A DNA stretch of 64,000 nt from Candidatus Latescibacterota bacterium (GCA_965237525.1 CBDEFO010000007.1:736001-800000), one strand, 5' to 3'. Numbered from the stretch's first letter, positions 21,174 through 30,973 are shown. Made by a program: numbers and translations. Notes: generated from the sequence alone by a model not told the origin.

Positions 21174-22663
21174 TTGTAGTTGCGGCTGTGTCAGTGCTCA
21201 TTCCCATGTTAATCTGGGCCCAGGACGTTGGGAGGATTCCTTCGGTCGTTCACATAGATTCTGACGTTAGCGGCGGGGAGCTTTCTGTTCCTGAGCTTGT
21301 GGAGCTTATAGAGGAGAACGGACTTCAGGTGGCGATGTTCACAGATCACGATAATATTAGAGTGGAGTACGGCATTCGACCTTTTCGGAACATTTTAGGT
21401 TGGATAACCGGAACACTAACGGAGGAGGAATCTATCTTCACATATGGGACTCAAGAATATGTGGATATGTTTGAGGAACTGAACGCCCAGAATCCCGGAA
21501 CCGTGATAATCCACGGCATAGAGACTGTGCCGTTCTATTACTGGGAGGGGAGTATCTTTAAGGGCAATCTGCAGGCAAAGAACTGGCACGAACATCTTTT
21601 GGTGATAGGGCTGGAAAGTGCGGAGGACTACGATAATCTGCCGTCAATAGCCAAAGACTTTCCGGGACAGTACGATTTAGTCACCATAATAATAAGTCTG
21701 TGGCCCATTGCACTGATATTGCTGGCATATAATGTCTTTTTAAGGAGACCTCCAAAAGTATCGAAGAACGACTTTTTGAGGAGAAAACGGGGTTACAGGA
21801 GAGTGGTAGGGATATCGTTGGCAGTACTCGGAGCCTTGCTTCTAATTGAGAATTTTCCGTACCGTTATCCGATCTACGATCAGTACAGCGGCAACCTCGG
21901 GATCACCCCTTATCAAGACGTGATAGACTATGTTAACAGCAGGGGTGGGATGGTGTTCTGGGCTCATCCTGAGGTGAACCAGAAGCTGTCCAGGGAAGCT
22001 CCAATTGCAGGAAAGGTGGAGATAGTGACGGCGGCTTATCAGAATCATCTTTTGGAGGCGAGGGATTACGCGGGATTTGCTGCATTCTGGGAAGGAATGA
22101 AATTTACGGCTGTCCCGGGAGGTGTCTGGGATAAGGTCCTTCTTGAGTACTGCAGGGGGGAAAGAGAAAATCCTGTCTGGGCAATTGGTGAGTCGGACTT
22201 TGAGGGAGAGTTCGACCCCAAAGTGATAAGGGAGATTTCGACCGTGCTTTTGACGGATGAGGTGACCAGGGAGTCCGTTTTGGATGCTATGAGGAACGGG
22301 AGGATGTATGCCACGAGGAATTTTTTTGCGGATTATGTCATCATCGACGAGTTTTCCACTAAAGATAGCCAGAATAGAGACGTCGTCGGATATTCGAGCG
22401 AGACGATCCAAGTTAAGGGCTATCCTGAGGTAGTTTTAGCCATGACAGTGGTAGACAGGACTAAGCTGCGAAAGAAACTAAACGTAGAGCTGATAAGAGG
22501 GGGACAGGTCGTAAAGAGAGTCGTATGGGATTGGGATTCTCCCATCAAACTTGTGGACAAGGACGCCCCGCGCGGCGTCAAGACCTACTACCGAGCTTCG
22601 GTTCTGACAGCTGATTGGTCTGTTATGGTCACAAATCCGATATTTGTGGAGATTTCGGAGTGA
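21143..22663 (+). CDS. PHP-fold metallo-phosphoesterase-like membrane protein
   Basis: VHIDS, FTDHD, GIE, HLLVIG, WAHPE, GESDFE motifs; N-terminal hydrophobic signal and internal TM pair; start uncertain. Confidence 0.65.
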   Translation: MSAYREEITIVVVAAVSVLIPMLIWAQDVGRIPSVVHIDSDVSGGELSVPELVELIEENGLQVAMFTDHDNIRVEYGIRPFRNILGWITGTLTEEESIFTYGTQEYVDMFEELNAQNPGTVIIHGIETVPFYYWEGSIFKGNLQAKNWHEHLLVIGLESAEDYDNLPSIAKDFPGQYDLVTIIISLWPIALILLAYNVFLRRPPKVSKNDFLRRKRGYRRVVGISLAVLGALLLIENFPYRYPIYDQYSGNLGITPYQDVIDYVNSRGGMVFWAHPEVNQKLSREAPIAGKVEIVTAAYQNHLLEARDYAGFAAFWEGMKFTAVPGGVWDKVLLEYCRGERENPVWAIGESDFEGEFDPKVIREISTVLLTDEVTRESVLDAMRNGRMYATRNFFADYVIIDEFSTKDSQNRDVVGYSSETIQVKGYPEVVLAMTVVDRTKLRKKLNVELIRGGQVVKRVVWDWDSPIKLVDKDAPRGVKTYYRASVLTADWSVMVTNPIFVEISE

Positions 22664-23340
22664 TTGCAAGCGCGCATCAGCCTCAGTATCTCCCCTATCT
22701 GGGACATTTCGATAAGATAGATCGATCCGATCTATTTGTACTCTTGGATAACGTTCAATATAAGAAAAACGACTGGCAAAACAGGAACAGGATCAAGACG
22801 GCTGGTGGATGGCAGTGGCTGACGGTCCCCGTGCTTTACAAGTTTCCCGAAAAGATCAACCAGGTCAGGATAAATCATAGAGAGAAGTGGAGCAGGAAGC
22901 ATCTACAAGCTCTAATTTCCAACTATTCCAAGGCCCAGTTTTTTAAGGATCACATAGAATTTTGGGAGGAATTCTATTCGAGGGAATGGGAGATGCTTAC
23001 TGACGTAAATATAGAGGCGGTCAGGTATCTTTCAAGGGTGTTGGGGATTCAGACCGAAACTGTCATAGGGTCCCAAATGGATTTGGGCGATGATCAGACA
23101 GGCAGACTGGTTGATATGTGCCTCCAGTTGGGAGCGGACACCTACCTTGCAGGTGCCGGAGCAGTGGACTACATGGATGTAGGCAAATTTGAGGAAGCGG
23201 GGATAGAGGTCATCTTTCAGGATTTCAGGCATCCCCAATATAGACAGTTGTTCGGAGAGTTCGAGCCGTATATGTCTGCGGTGGACCTGATTTTCAATTG
23301 TGGGGATAAGAGTCTGGACATTATAAGGGAAGGACAATAA
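22660..23340 (+). CDS. WbqC family protein
   Basis: HQPQYLPYLGHFDKI, QNRNRIKT, WLTVPV, YSKA. Confidence 0.93.
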   Translation: MIASAHQPQYLPYLGHFDKIDRSDLFVLLDNVQYKKNDWQNRNRIKTAGGWQWLTVPVLYKFPEKINQVRINHREKWSRKHLQALISNYSKAQFFKDHIEFWEEFYSREWEMLTDVNIEAVRYLSRVLGIQTETVIGSQMDLGDDQTGRLVDMCLQLGADTYLAGAGAVDYMDVGKFEEAGIEVIFQDFRHPQYRQLFGEFEPYMSAVDLIFNCGDKSLDIIREGQ

Positions 23341-23384
23341 GATCAGGACTATTCAGTTTTCTTAAGAAGCGCCGAAAAGCCTTT

Positions 23385-23523
23385 GAGATTGCTTGGAGGT
23401 TCGGCACCTGGCCAATGACTAAGGCAAAAGTAAGAAACGTCATTGCGACCCCTCGATTGAATCCCCGATTGATTCTACCCCCGATTGAATCTATCAGGGG
23501 GGGATCGGGAGCGAAGCAATCTC
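23385..23523. repeat. Composite REP-like palindromic element (copy 4) with self-nested hairpin
   Basis: gagattgctt...caatgac / cgtcattgcga...gaagcaatctc; one ccccgattga unit inserted within another. Confidence 0.72.
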
Positions 23524-23575
23524 ATTGCAGGACATCCAAGCGTCCCGAAGCTTAGAGTAACGCTATGATCCTGCA

Positions 23576-23716
23576 GTGAACTACCCCCACGCAGAGCGTG
23601 GGGGCTTTGAAGACAAAAGAACCCAACCACCCGTGACTTGTGTGGGAAACTTAATGCTGGAATATTAAACTTATGTGCTCAAACTTACGATCCGCCACGT
23701 AGAACATGAGGGTATT
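23576..23716. mobile_element. Non-autonomous IS200/IS605-like remnant (two subterminal hairpins, no ORF)
   Basis: gtgaactac + perfect hairpin cccccacgc-aga-gcgtggggg + cttt; degenerate copy ccgccacgtagaacatgaggg-tatt about 110 nt downstream. Confidence 0.5.
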
Positions 23717-23764
23717 AACCGATAATAACACAGGAAACTCCGAGATCTATGAGGGGAAACATAA

Positions 23765-24406
23765 ATGAATATTCTGGCGATTGGAGCACATCCTGATGAC
23801 ATAGAGATAGGGTGCGGAGGTACACTGATAAAGTACAGTCAATGTGGCAACCATATCTATCTTTTGATTATGACGGACGGGGGCATGGCGGCAGATCCTG
23901 ATACAAGGCGCAAGGAACAGTCAGATTCCGCTCTGCTTATGGGAGCCAAGGATGTCTTCTTCGGCAACTATAAGGACACTGAGCTTGTCTGCGACAGAGA
24001 GTTGATAGAACGAATAGAAGAGACTGTAGTGGAGGTAATGCCAGATATGATATTCGTGCACTATCCTGAAGATACTCATCAGGATCATAGGAATCTGTCT
24101 CAGGCTACGGTTTCAGCGACCAGGTATATAGAAAACGTCCTCTTTTACGAAGGCCCGAGTACCGAGCAGAGCTTTATTCCGAGCGTATTTGTAAATGTTA
24201 AGAGTGTGTTGAATAAGAAGTTATCACTTTTAGAGGCCCACGTATCCCAGATGATGAGGGCCTCTGTGGGATGGTCATTAAGGGAGGACGCTAAGGAGAT
24301 GTCCATAATCGATGTTGCAAGGTCCTTAGCTCGCTTCAGAGGTTGGCAGGGCAAAACCGAGTTTGCCGAGGGATTTGCTCCGTCCAGATTGTTCTTGGAT
24401 ATCTGA
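23765..24406 (+). CDS. PIG-L family N-acetyl sugar deacetylase
   Basis: AHPDDIEIGCGG, HQDH. Confidence 0.92.
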   Translation: MNILAIGAHPDDIEIGCGGTLIKYSQCGNHIYLLIMTDGGMAADPDTRRKEQSDSALLMGAKDVFFGNYKDTELVCDRELIERIEETVVEVMPDMIFVHYPEDTHQDHRNLSQATVSATRYIENVLFYEGPSTEQSFIPSVFVNVKSVLNKKLSLLEAHVSQMMRASVGWSLREDAKEMSIIDVARSLARFRGWQGKTEFAEGFAPSRLFLDI

Positions 24407-24435
24407 CCGAGGAGGCGAAGCAACAGGAAAGCACG

Positions 24436-25119
24436 ATGGTTGACCGGGATAACTTGAAAACAATTGCAGGAGAAACAGGCGCAGAATACGTAACAGACGG
24501 TATGGTAGTGGGATTGGGCACCGGTTCGACAGTCTACTACACGCTGATCAAATTAGGTCGGATGATTCGTGAAGGTCTAAGTATTGTCGGAATCCCGACA
24601 TCTCTACAGACCGAGAGAATAGCCAAAGAGCAAAAGATAAGACTTTCGATGCTTGAAGAACATACCAGAATAGATGTCACAATAGACGGAGCAGATGAAG
24701 TAGATCCAAACTTAAACCTGATCAAGGGCTTGGGTGGAGCTTTAGTGAGAGAAAAGGTAGTAGCCAAATCTTCGGAGCGATTGATTATCGTGGTAGACGA
24801 TAGCAAATTAGTCGAAAAATTAGGCACAAAATCGTCCCTTCCTGTGGAAGTCGTGCCCTTCGCCTGGGCCTCTGTTCTTGAGCATCTCAACGATATATGC
24901 AGTTTCCCGAACCTGCGCAGAGAGCAAAACGACGATATTTTCCTCTCGGATAACGGAAACTATATCATAGACTGCGCCTTCGAAGGCATTGATAATCCAG
25001 AGGAAGTCGAAAGAGAGATTAAGAGTATAACAGGCGTTATAGACAGCGGACTCTTCATAGGCATAGCAAATACGGTGATCGTAGGCTCTGAAGGTGGAGT
25101 GAGAGTTTTGTGCCGATGA
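24436..25119 (+). CDS. rpiA: Ribose-5-phosphate isomerase A
   Basis: GLGTGST, DGADEVD, IKGLGGAL..REK, SDNGN. Confidence 0.95.
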   Translation: MVDRDNLKTIAGETGAEYVTDGMVVGLGTGSTVYYTLIKLGRMIREGLSIVGIPTSLQTERIAKEQKIRLSMLEEHTRIDVTIDGADEVDPNLNLIKGLGGALVREKVVAKSSERLIIVVDDSKLVEKLGTKSSLPVEVVPFAWASVLEHLNDICSFPNLRREQNDDIFLSDNGNYIIDCAFEGIDNPEEVEREIKSITGVIDSGLFIGIANTVIVGSEGGVRVLCR

Positions 25120-26168
25120 GTGAGATTATTGGGCATTCCAGACCGACTCTGGGTGTTGAAGAAGTTGAGGCCGTGCGCGATGTCCTCCTTTCAGGACAAA
25201 TTGCTCAAGGGATGTGTGTAGGAAGATTCGAAAGAAAGATGGCGGAGTTTGTGGGCAGGAGTGGTGGCGTTGCTACAAGTTCAGGGACCGCAGCTCTGCA
25301 CCTGGCTCTTCTGGCTTTGGGAACAGGAGAAGGACATGAGGTAATCATCCCGACTTATGTGTGTACTGCGCTGTTGAACGCTGTAAACTACGTGGGTGCA
25401 CACGCTGTAGTTGCAGATATTGACCCTCGCAGTTATAATATATGCCCTGATGACGTAAGAAAGAGAATTACAAGGAGGACAAAGGCGATAATTCTGCCGC
25501 ATATGTTTGGACTCCCTGCGGATGTAGATGAAATTCTAAAGATAGGGATCCCAGTTATAGAGGACTTTGCAGTGAGCGTGGGGGCCCTTTATAAGGGCAA
25601 GAGAGTCGGGGGGTTCGGAGCCATTTCGATCGTTTCTTTCTATGGCACAAAGATGTTGGGCACAGGGGAAGGAGGGATGGCCCTTTCAGACGATAAGGGT
25701 GCACTGAATAAAATGAAGGATTTGAGAGAGTACGATAATAAAGAGGACTATAAAGTCCGGTACAATTACAAAATGGCCGATATGGTGGGAGCTTTGGGGA
25801 TTGCTCAGTTGAAGAAGCTTCCGGAGTTCCTGCGAAGAAGAAAAGAAATAGCAAATAGATTCAACTGTGAATTTAAGGCTCTAACAAATGCCCTCCCAAT
25901 CAGTTATGAGGACAGAGATCATGTCTTCTATAGGTATGTGGTGGATATTGGCAGGAAATCTGGAGAATTCATAGAGGCTATGGGAAAAAGGAAGATTACG
26001 TGCGCCCGGCCTGTGCATCTGCCTATACACGGGTATCTGGGCTTGGTGGATTGTCCCAACGCGGATACGGCGTGGGATGGAGCTGTATCGCTCCCGATCT
26101 ATCCATCTATGTCTGAGGGCGAGGCGAACATTATTGTGGAGGCGGTAAGGGATTTGCTGGCACTGTAG
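25116..26168 (+). CDS. DegT/DnrJ/EryC1/StrS family aminotransferase
   Basis: SSGTAALHLAL, HMFG, SFYGTKMLGTGEGG, YNYKM. Confidence 0.92.
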   Translation: MSEIIGHSRPTLGVEEVEAVRDVLLSGQIAQGMCVGRFERKMAEFVGRSGGVATSSGTAALHLALLALGTGEGHEVIIPTYVCTALLNAVNYVGAHAVVADIDPRSYNICPDDVRKRITRRTKAIILPHMFGLPADVDEILKIGIPVIEDFAVSVGALYKGKRVGGFGAISIVSFYGTKMLGTGEGGMALSDDKGALNKMKDLREYDNKEDYKVRYNYKMADMVGALGIAQLKKLPEFLRRRKEIANRFNCEFKALTNALPISYEDRDHVFYRYVVDIGRKSGEFIEAMGKRKITCARPVHLPIHGYLGLVDCPNADTAWDGAVSLPIYPSMSEGEANIIVEAVRDLLAL

Positions 26169-26176
26169 CGTCCTGG

Positions 26177-27436
26177 TTGAATAGGATCCTTGTGGAATCA
26201 TACAAGATGCAGAGACAGAAAGAGAAATATCAAAAAGTAGGACACAAATCGATCTTTGTAGTGGTATTTTTCTTAGTGTTGATCCTACTTGCCATGTTTG
26301 TGTTGTCGCCAGGTATTAAAGGGATTTTCTTGGATCATGGTCTTAAATGGCTCTATATCCTTGCTTTCTCATTCTTCGTATCTTTCCTTGTGACTCCACT
26401 TGTGATACTCTCGGTTTTGAGGATCGGCGTGCTGGATAATCCCGATACACGGAAGATCCATACAGACCCTATCCCGCTTTTGGGAGGCATAGCGATATAT
26501 GTAGCTTTTACGGCTACTGTGGCTAACAATTTGGATTTTTCCGACAATCTCAAGGGAATCATCATAGGCGCGACGATGCTTATGTTGTGCGGCATGGCGG
26601 ACGATGTTGTAGGTGTTTCCGCGAAGTTGAAACTACTGGTTCAAATAACAGCTTCTCTCGTCATGTCGTGGTTCGGCATTAAGTTCGATTTCCTACCGAA
26701 CACGCTGATGGGGAACATAGGAGAAGTAGCGAGCACCGCCTTTTGGGTTGTGGGAATTACGAACGCCTTAAACTTTTTTGATGGAATGGACGGACTCGCA
26801 GTGGGCATCACCGCTATAATGGCATTTTTTATAGGGCTTTTTGCGATTCAGGCAGATGGACAGAGCCATCTGATGCTCCTGTCTTTATCGCTTATGGGAA
26901 GTTGCTTAGGATTCTTGCCGTACAATTTCAGGTTGCGAGGACCTGCAACGATATTTATAGGGGATACAGGGAGCATGTTTTTGGGGTTTTCCATAGCTGG
27001 GATGGCGGTGATGGGCGTGTGGGGAACTGTAATTGTAGATGGAGCGGAGAGAAATGACCCGGTCAAGGCCTTCAGCGTTCCCATTTTAATAATGGGGGTC
27101 TTGATCTTTGATATGATATATACGACTGTAGAGAGGATAGTAACAGAGAAGGTGTCTAATTTTAGAGAATGGATAGATTATACGGGGAAGGATCATCTGC
27201 ATCACAGACTGCACGCTTTGGGGTTGAGCAGAAGGCAAAGTGTTCTTTTCATCTACCTTATGTGTACAGGACTGGGACTTTCCGCAATAGCGTTGAAAAA
27301 CGGCAGACCGATAGATTCTCTGCTTTTGATCATTCAGGCTATAGTAGTCTCTTTAGCTATTGTGATACTTATGGTTAGAGGAGCAAAGAATCTTGAGGAA
27401 AAGGTGGAACGCCGAGAAAACAAGGTGAGGCTTTGA
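26177..27436 (+). CDS. wecA: Undecaprenyl-phosphate GlcNAc-1-phosphate transferase (WecA/TagO, MraY-like)
   Basis: RKIH..PLLGG, NALNFFDGMDGLA, IFIGDTGS, HLHHRL. Confidence 0.88.
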   Translation: MNRILVESYKMQRQKEKYQKVGHKSIFVVVFFLVLILLAMFVLSPGIKGIFLDHGLKWLYILAFSFFVSFLVTPLVILSVLRIGVLDNPDTRKIHTDPIPLLGGIAIYVAFTATVANNLDFSDNLKGIIIGATMLMLCGMADDVVGVSAKLKLLVQITASLVMSWFGIKFDFLPNTLMGNIGEVASTAFWVVGITNALNFFDGMDGLAVGITAIMAFFIGLFAIQADGQSHLMLLSLSLMGSCLGFLPYNFRLRGPATIFIGDTGSMFLGFSIAGMAVMGVWGTVIVDGAERNDPVKAFSVPILIMGVLIFDMIYTTVERIVTEKVSNFREWIDYTGKDHLHHRLHALGLSRRQSVLFIYLMCTGLGLSAIALKNGRPIDSLLLIIQAIVVSLAIVILMVRGAKNLEEKVERRENKVRL

Positions 27437-27735
27437 TGGAAGATGAAGAGATTCTAATGGGGGATGAAGGACGATACGAGTTTGTGGAAGTGGCAAGTTT
27501 CCCAAGCATGATATACGCGGAGATGGCAAAGGAGGTCCTGGGAAACAACGGGATTCCGTGTGCGATCCAGGGAGATGCTTTAAATACAGCTTACGGAATG
27601 AAAGGGACGGGAATAGGAGTACAGGCAGTTATAGTTGTCTCCCAATTAGATATGGAGGAGGCAAAGGATGTCCTAGGCGGAATTGTAGATAGCCAGGACG
27701 GTGACTATCTTTATGATGATGAGCAGTTTTCATAA
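27436..27735 (+). CDS. DUF2007-like small protein
   Basis: AEMAKEVLGNNGIPC..EEAKDVL pattern. Confidence 0.65.
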   Translation: MEDEEILMGDEGRYEFVEVASFPSMIYAEMAKEVLGNNGIPCAIQGDALNTAYGMKGTGIGVQAVIVVSQLDMEEAKDVLGGIVDSQDGDYLYDDEQFS

Positions 27736-27782
27736 ATATTGTAATGTGCCAGAAAAATATACGATTGCTAAAGAGAGAAAAT

Positions 27783-28553
27783 ATGGAAAGGAAAAAAAGC
27801 TATAATAGTCTTTTACGAAGAGGCTCCCCGTACTTATGTGTCTTTATGTGTCTCTTATTCGGCACAGATGCATACGGAGGCACATTCAACTATAACGCAT
27901 TTGAGAAGATCTTGAATGAATACGTAAAGGACGGAAGAGTCGATTATGAGAGGCTAAAAAAGAGCAATGTTATGGACATGTATATATCGCAGCTGGCGGA
28001 AGCCCATCTGGGAAGTTTGAAGACAAGAGCGCAGAAATTGACGTTCTGGATCAACGCTTACAACGCTCTGGCGATAAAGGGTGTCCTGGATAATTACCCC
28101 TTAAAGAGCGTGATGGACGTTGAAGGGTTCTTCGATAAGCTTAAATATGAGATCGCTGGCGTGGAGTACACGCTGAACGATATAGAGAACAGAGTTATAA
28201 GGCCGACTTTTGGAGATCCGAGGATCCATTTTGCATTGGTGTGCGCGTCTTTAAGTTGTCCAAACCTGGAGAGCAAGGCCTTTAAGCCGGAGGATCTGGA
28301 CAAGGAGTTAGATGAGGCCGGGCGTAAGTTTTTGCAGGACAGTGCTAAGAACAAGATAGATAAGAATAAGGGGATCGTCTATCTTTCCAAGATATTCGAG
28401 TGGTATGCACAAGATTTTATCAAATCTTCAGGATCGGTTCTGGAGTTTGTAAGGGACTATTTTTCGGATGAGGACAGGAAATACCTAAGAGGAAGAGATT
28501 TCAAGGTAGAGTTTTGGGAGTACGACTGGAATCTGAATGACAAGGTCAATTAA
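27783..28553 (+). CDS. DUF547 domain exported protein
   Basis: FWINAYNA, DPRIHFALVCASLSCP, LSKIFEWY..DF, YDWNLN. Confidence 0.9.
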   Translation: MERKKSYNSLLRRGSPYLCVFMCLLFGTDAYGGTFNYNAFEKILNEYVKDGRVDYERLKKSNVMDMYISQLAEAHLGSLKTRAQKLTFWINAYNALAIKGVLDNYPLKSVMDVEGFFDKLKYEIAGVEYTLNDIENRVIRPTFGDPRIHFALVCASLSCPNLESKAFKPEDLDKELDEAGRKFLQDSAKNKIDKNKGIVYLSKIFEWYAQDFIKSSGSVLEFVRDYFSDEDRKYLRGRDFKVEFWEYDWNLNDKVN

Positions 28554-28567
28554 AGAGGGAATTAGAT

Positions 28568-28756
28568 GTGACTAAACAGGAGCGTTTGAAGCAGCATCGT
28601 TTAAGACTGGCCCGGTATCAGAGCATGCTCAAGGATGTGGATAATCTGATCCAAAATCTGAGGCAGGACAGAGAGTTTTTACAAGAGCAGATCGAATCGG
28701 AAGAGGAGTCAATAGATAGGTTAGTTGAAGAACTCGTTCAGACGGCCAGCGGTTAG
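28568..28756 (+). CDS. Small coiled-coil hypothetical protein
   Basis: 62-aa heptad-rich ORF with upstream gaggga RBS. Confidence 0.55.
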   Translation: MTKQERLKQHRLRLARYQSMLKDVDNLIQNLRQDREFLQEQIESEEESIDRLVEELVQTASG

Positions 28757-28934
28757 CAGATCCGCCAATTGTTTATGCCATTTTGACTGATGTAGCTGTC
28801 GTATCAACAGCAAATATGTAATAATGGCAGTAACATCGCATTTCTGTGGTCTCCCTTCTCTGCTCTCTATGTCTTTACTTAAGATCAATATATACAGATA
28901 GTTATTAAAATAAAAATAACACCTCCTGTTCTTT

Positions 28935-28950
28935 TGGCACAGGACTTGCA
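28935..28950 (+). promoter_or_regulatory. Sigma54 (-24/-12) promoter of hsp20
   Basis: tggcac-aggac-ttgca, exact GG-N10-GC spacing, about 90 nt before the start. Confidence 0.78.
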
Positions 28951-29041
28951 TGTATAATAAAAGCACGGAAGCAGGTTAAGAAAGAAACTCGGAAGTTGAA
29001 ACGAACAACGGATTTGAGGTACTTAACAGGAGGTGTTAAAA

Positions 29042-29494
29042 ATGGCGTTAGTAAAGTGGCATCCTTTGAGCAGGTTGTCGGTCTTCGACAATCTCTTCAG
29101 AACCGATCTTGACGACTTCTTTAGCTTCAGGCTCCCATCAGTATGCAGAGACGGCTTCTCAGGGAGCTCGGAACCGAGGGTGGATATAAAAGAGACCAAT
29201 GATGAGATCACAATATCAGCCGAGCTTCCGGGGATTGACCGGAAGGACATAAGGGTCGAGGTTAAGGACAATGTCCTTTCGATAAGTGGAGAAAAGAAGG
29301 CCGAAAGCGAGGATAAAGGCGAGGGCTACTACCGCAGGGAGAGCAACTACGGAAAGTTCTACAGAGCATTCAGGATCCCTGAGGGGATAGATGTGGAGAA
29401 AGCTCAGTCCAAGTTCAAGGACGGCGTTTTGACAATCAGTCTGACCAAGCCTGAGGAAGTAAAGCCTAAGGCGATAGAGATCAAGGTTGAATAA
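29042..29494 (+). CDS. Hsp20/alpha-crystallin small heat-shock protein
   Basis: PRVDIKET, ELPG, YGKFYRAF, FKDGVLTI, IEIKVE; aggagg RBS. Confidence 0.95.
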   Translation: MALVKWHPLSRLSVFDNLFRTDLDDFFSFRLPSVCRDGFSGSSEPRVDIKETNDEITISAELPGIDRKDIRVEVKDNVLSISGEKKAESEDKGEGYYRRESNYGKFYRAFRIPEGIDVEKAQSKFKDGVLTISLTKPEEVKPKAIEIKVE

Positions 29495-29514
29495 CCCGTA
29501 AGCTGTAAGTTTAA

Positions 29515-29552
29515 GGCTCCTCTCCTGGGAAACCGGGAGGGGAGCTTTTTTA
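29515..29552 (+). terminator. Rho-independent terminator after hsp20
   Basis: ggctcctctcctgg-gaaa-ccgggaggggagct followed by a T-run. Confidence 0.85.
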
Positions 29553-29572
29553 TATGCAGCTTGTTGAGTATG

Positions 29573-30271
29573 TCAGCAGTTCTTTGCGCATCTGAAGCCG
29601 AAGTCGCTGAATCTATGGGAGGGATCTAAACTGCTGCGGGCGGCGCATCGGCTGATCTTTATTTCGTGGCGCCAGGAGCCTCCTTTGGCTACGCGCCGCA
29701 TTGCTGTATCAGGGCCTCTCGGGTTGCACTCTGGAGAATATTGGAAGTAGTGGGGATCGTACCAGTCGTAGCACCATTCGTGTACGCCGTCGTCCATGTT
29801 GTAGAGACCGTAGTTGTTAGGTTCTCCTGTTGCAACGGGCTTGAGCTCTTCCTGGCGCCCGAGGCCATAATAATCCTCATCCGAAGGTCTTCCATCTCCC
29901 CAGGGGTAATCTTTACCTTCCAGTCCGCCTCTTGAGGCCTTTTCTCTCTCGGTTTCTGTAGGCAATCTGTACTCGTCTCCTGTCAACTGGCTAAGCCATT
30001 GGCAGTAAGCGACAGCGTCGTACCAGCTCGGTCCGACCGCGGGCTGGTTGGGATTGCTGAATTTCTCCTCGTACCAGAAATCGGGTTCCTGATGTCCTGT
30101 GTCCTGTAGAAAGAAGGCATATTCTCTCCTGGTGACAGCATGTATCGCTATCCTGAAGTCATCTACCCAGACCCTGTGTACAGGTTTTTCATTGTCCCTT
30201 CCGTTGTGACTGCCCATCAGGAAATCGCCTTCGGGGATCACTACAGTTTTAGGAACTATGAATTCAGGCAT
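29573..30271 (-). CDS. Formylglycine-generating enzyme (SUMF1/FGE-sulfatase domain) family protein
   Basis: FLMGS..EKPVHRV, RLPTETE, PNNYGLYNM, EWCYDWY, KGGSW, GFRCA. Confidence 0.9.
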   Translation of the reverse strand: MPEFIVPKTVVIPEGDFLMGSHNGRDNEKPVHRVWVDDFRIAIHAVTRREYAFFLQDTGHQEPDFWYEEKFSNPNQPAVGPSWYDAVAYCQWLSQLTGDEYRLPTETEREKASRGGLEGKDYPWGDGRPSDEDYYGLGRQEELKPVATGEPNNYGLYNMDDGVHEWCYDWYDPHYFQYSPECNPRGPDTAMRRVAKGGSWRHEIKISRCAARSSLDPSHRFSDFGFRCAKNC

Positions 30272-30276
30272 GTAAT

Positions 30277-30907
30277 TCAGAGAGGGAATATGAGTCCAAA
30301 GCTTATTACAAGTGTGTTTTTATCGCCGTCGGGTCTTACGAAAATCCTACCTCTTGAGGGCAGAAAGCCTCCTATCTCTATGGATGATACGAAGTCTCTG
30401 ACCTCTGCTCGTATCCCGAAGTGACGAGAGATAAGGACGTTGATGCCGCCTCCGAAGTTGAACGACAGTTCCGCTTGTTGCATCGAGGTCTTCTATATCG
30501 GTGGTAGTCCCTCCTATGCCACCTGTGGTGAACGTGACGACGCGGCTGGACAAGATAAAATTGTAGATCGCGTTTACGTGGTAGAGAAAGACTGTGGCAT
30601 CAGCGTTGAGTTTTGAGACGGCCGTGTTTGTGGTCTCATTGATGACGGTTCCTGTGAAAGATGGACGGCTCAACGCGAATCCCGCTTCAAAGGAGTAGCG
30701 TCGAGTCACATAGTATCTGTAGACGGCTCCGAAGCTTCCAGAATCGTCAAAGCGTCTATCTTCGAACTGAAAAGTTCCGATAAGGGCGGAGACCTCCGAT
30801 CTTCCGGGAGTTATCTGTGCTGAGGTCATATTAAAGGACGTAAAAAGTGTCAAAATAGCGAAAATGGTAGAGAATATGTAGGTTTTGTTTTTCAATGTCA
30901 TATCCAA
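30277..30907 (-). CDS. Outer-membrane beta-barrel (OmpA-TM/porin family) protein; 1-nt frameshift near 30471
   Basis: Signal peptide and amphipathic strands; removing one G joins ...DATS to ELSFNFGGG...GIRAEVRDF...GLIFPL. Confidence 0.7.
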
Positions 30908-30973
30908 ATTTTAGGTAGTCTGAGGTCACCCAAGCACTTTGCCGTGCTAATGTCCCAATCTCTTTGCTTCTCA

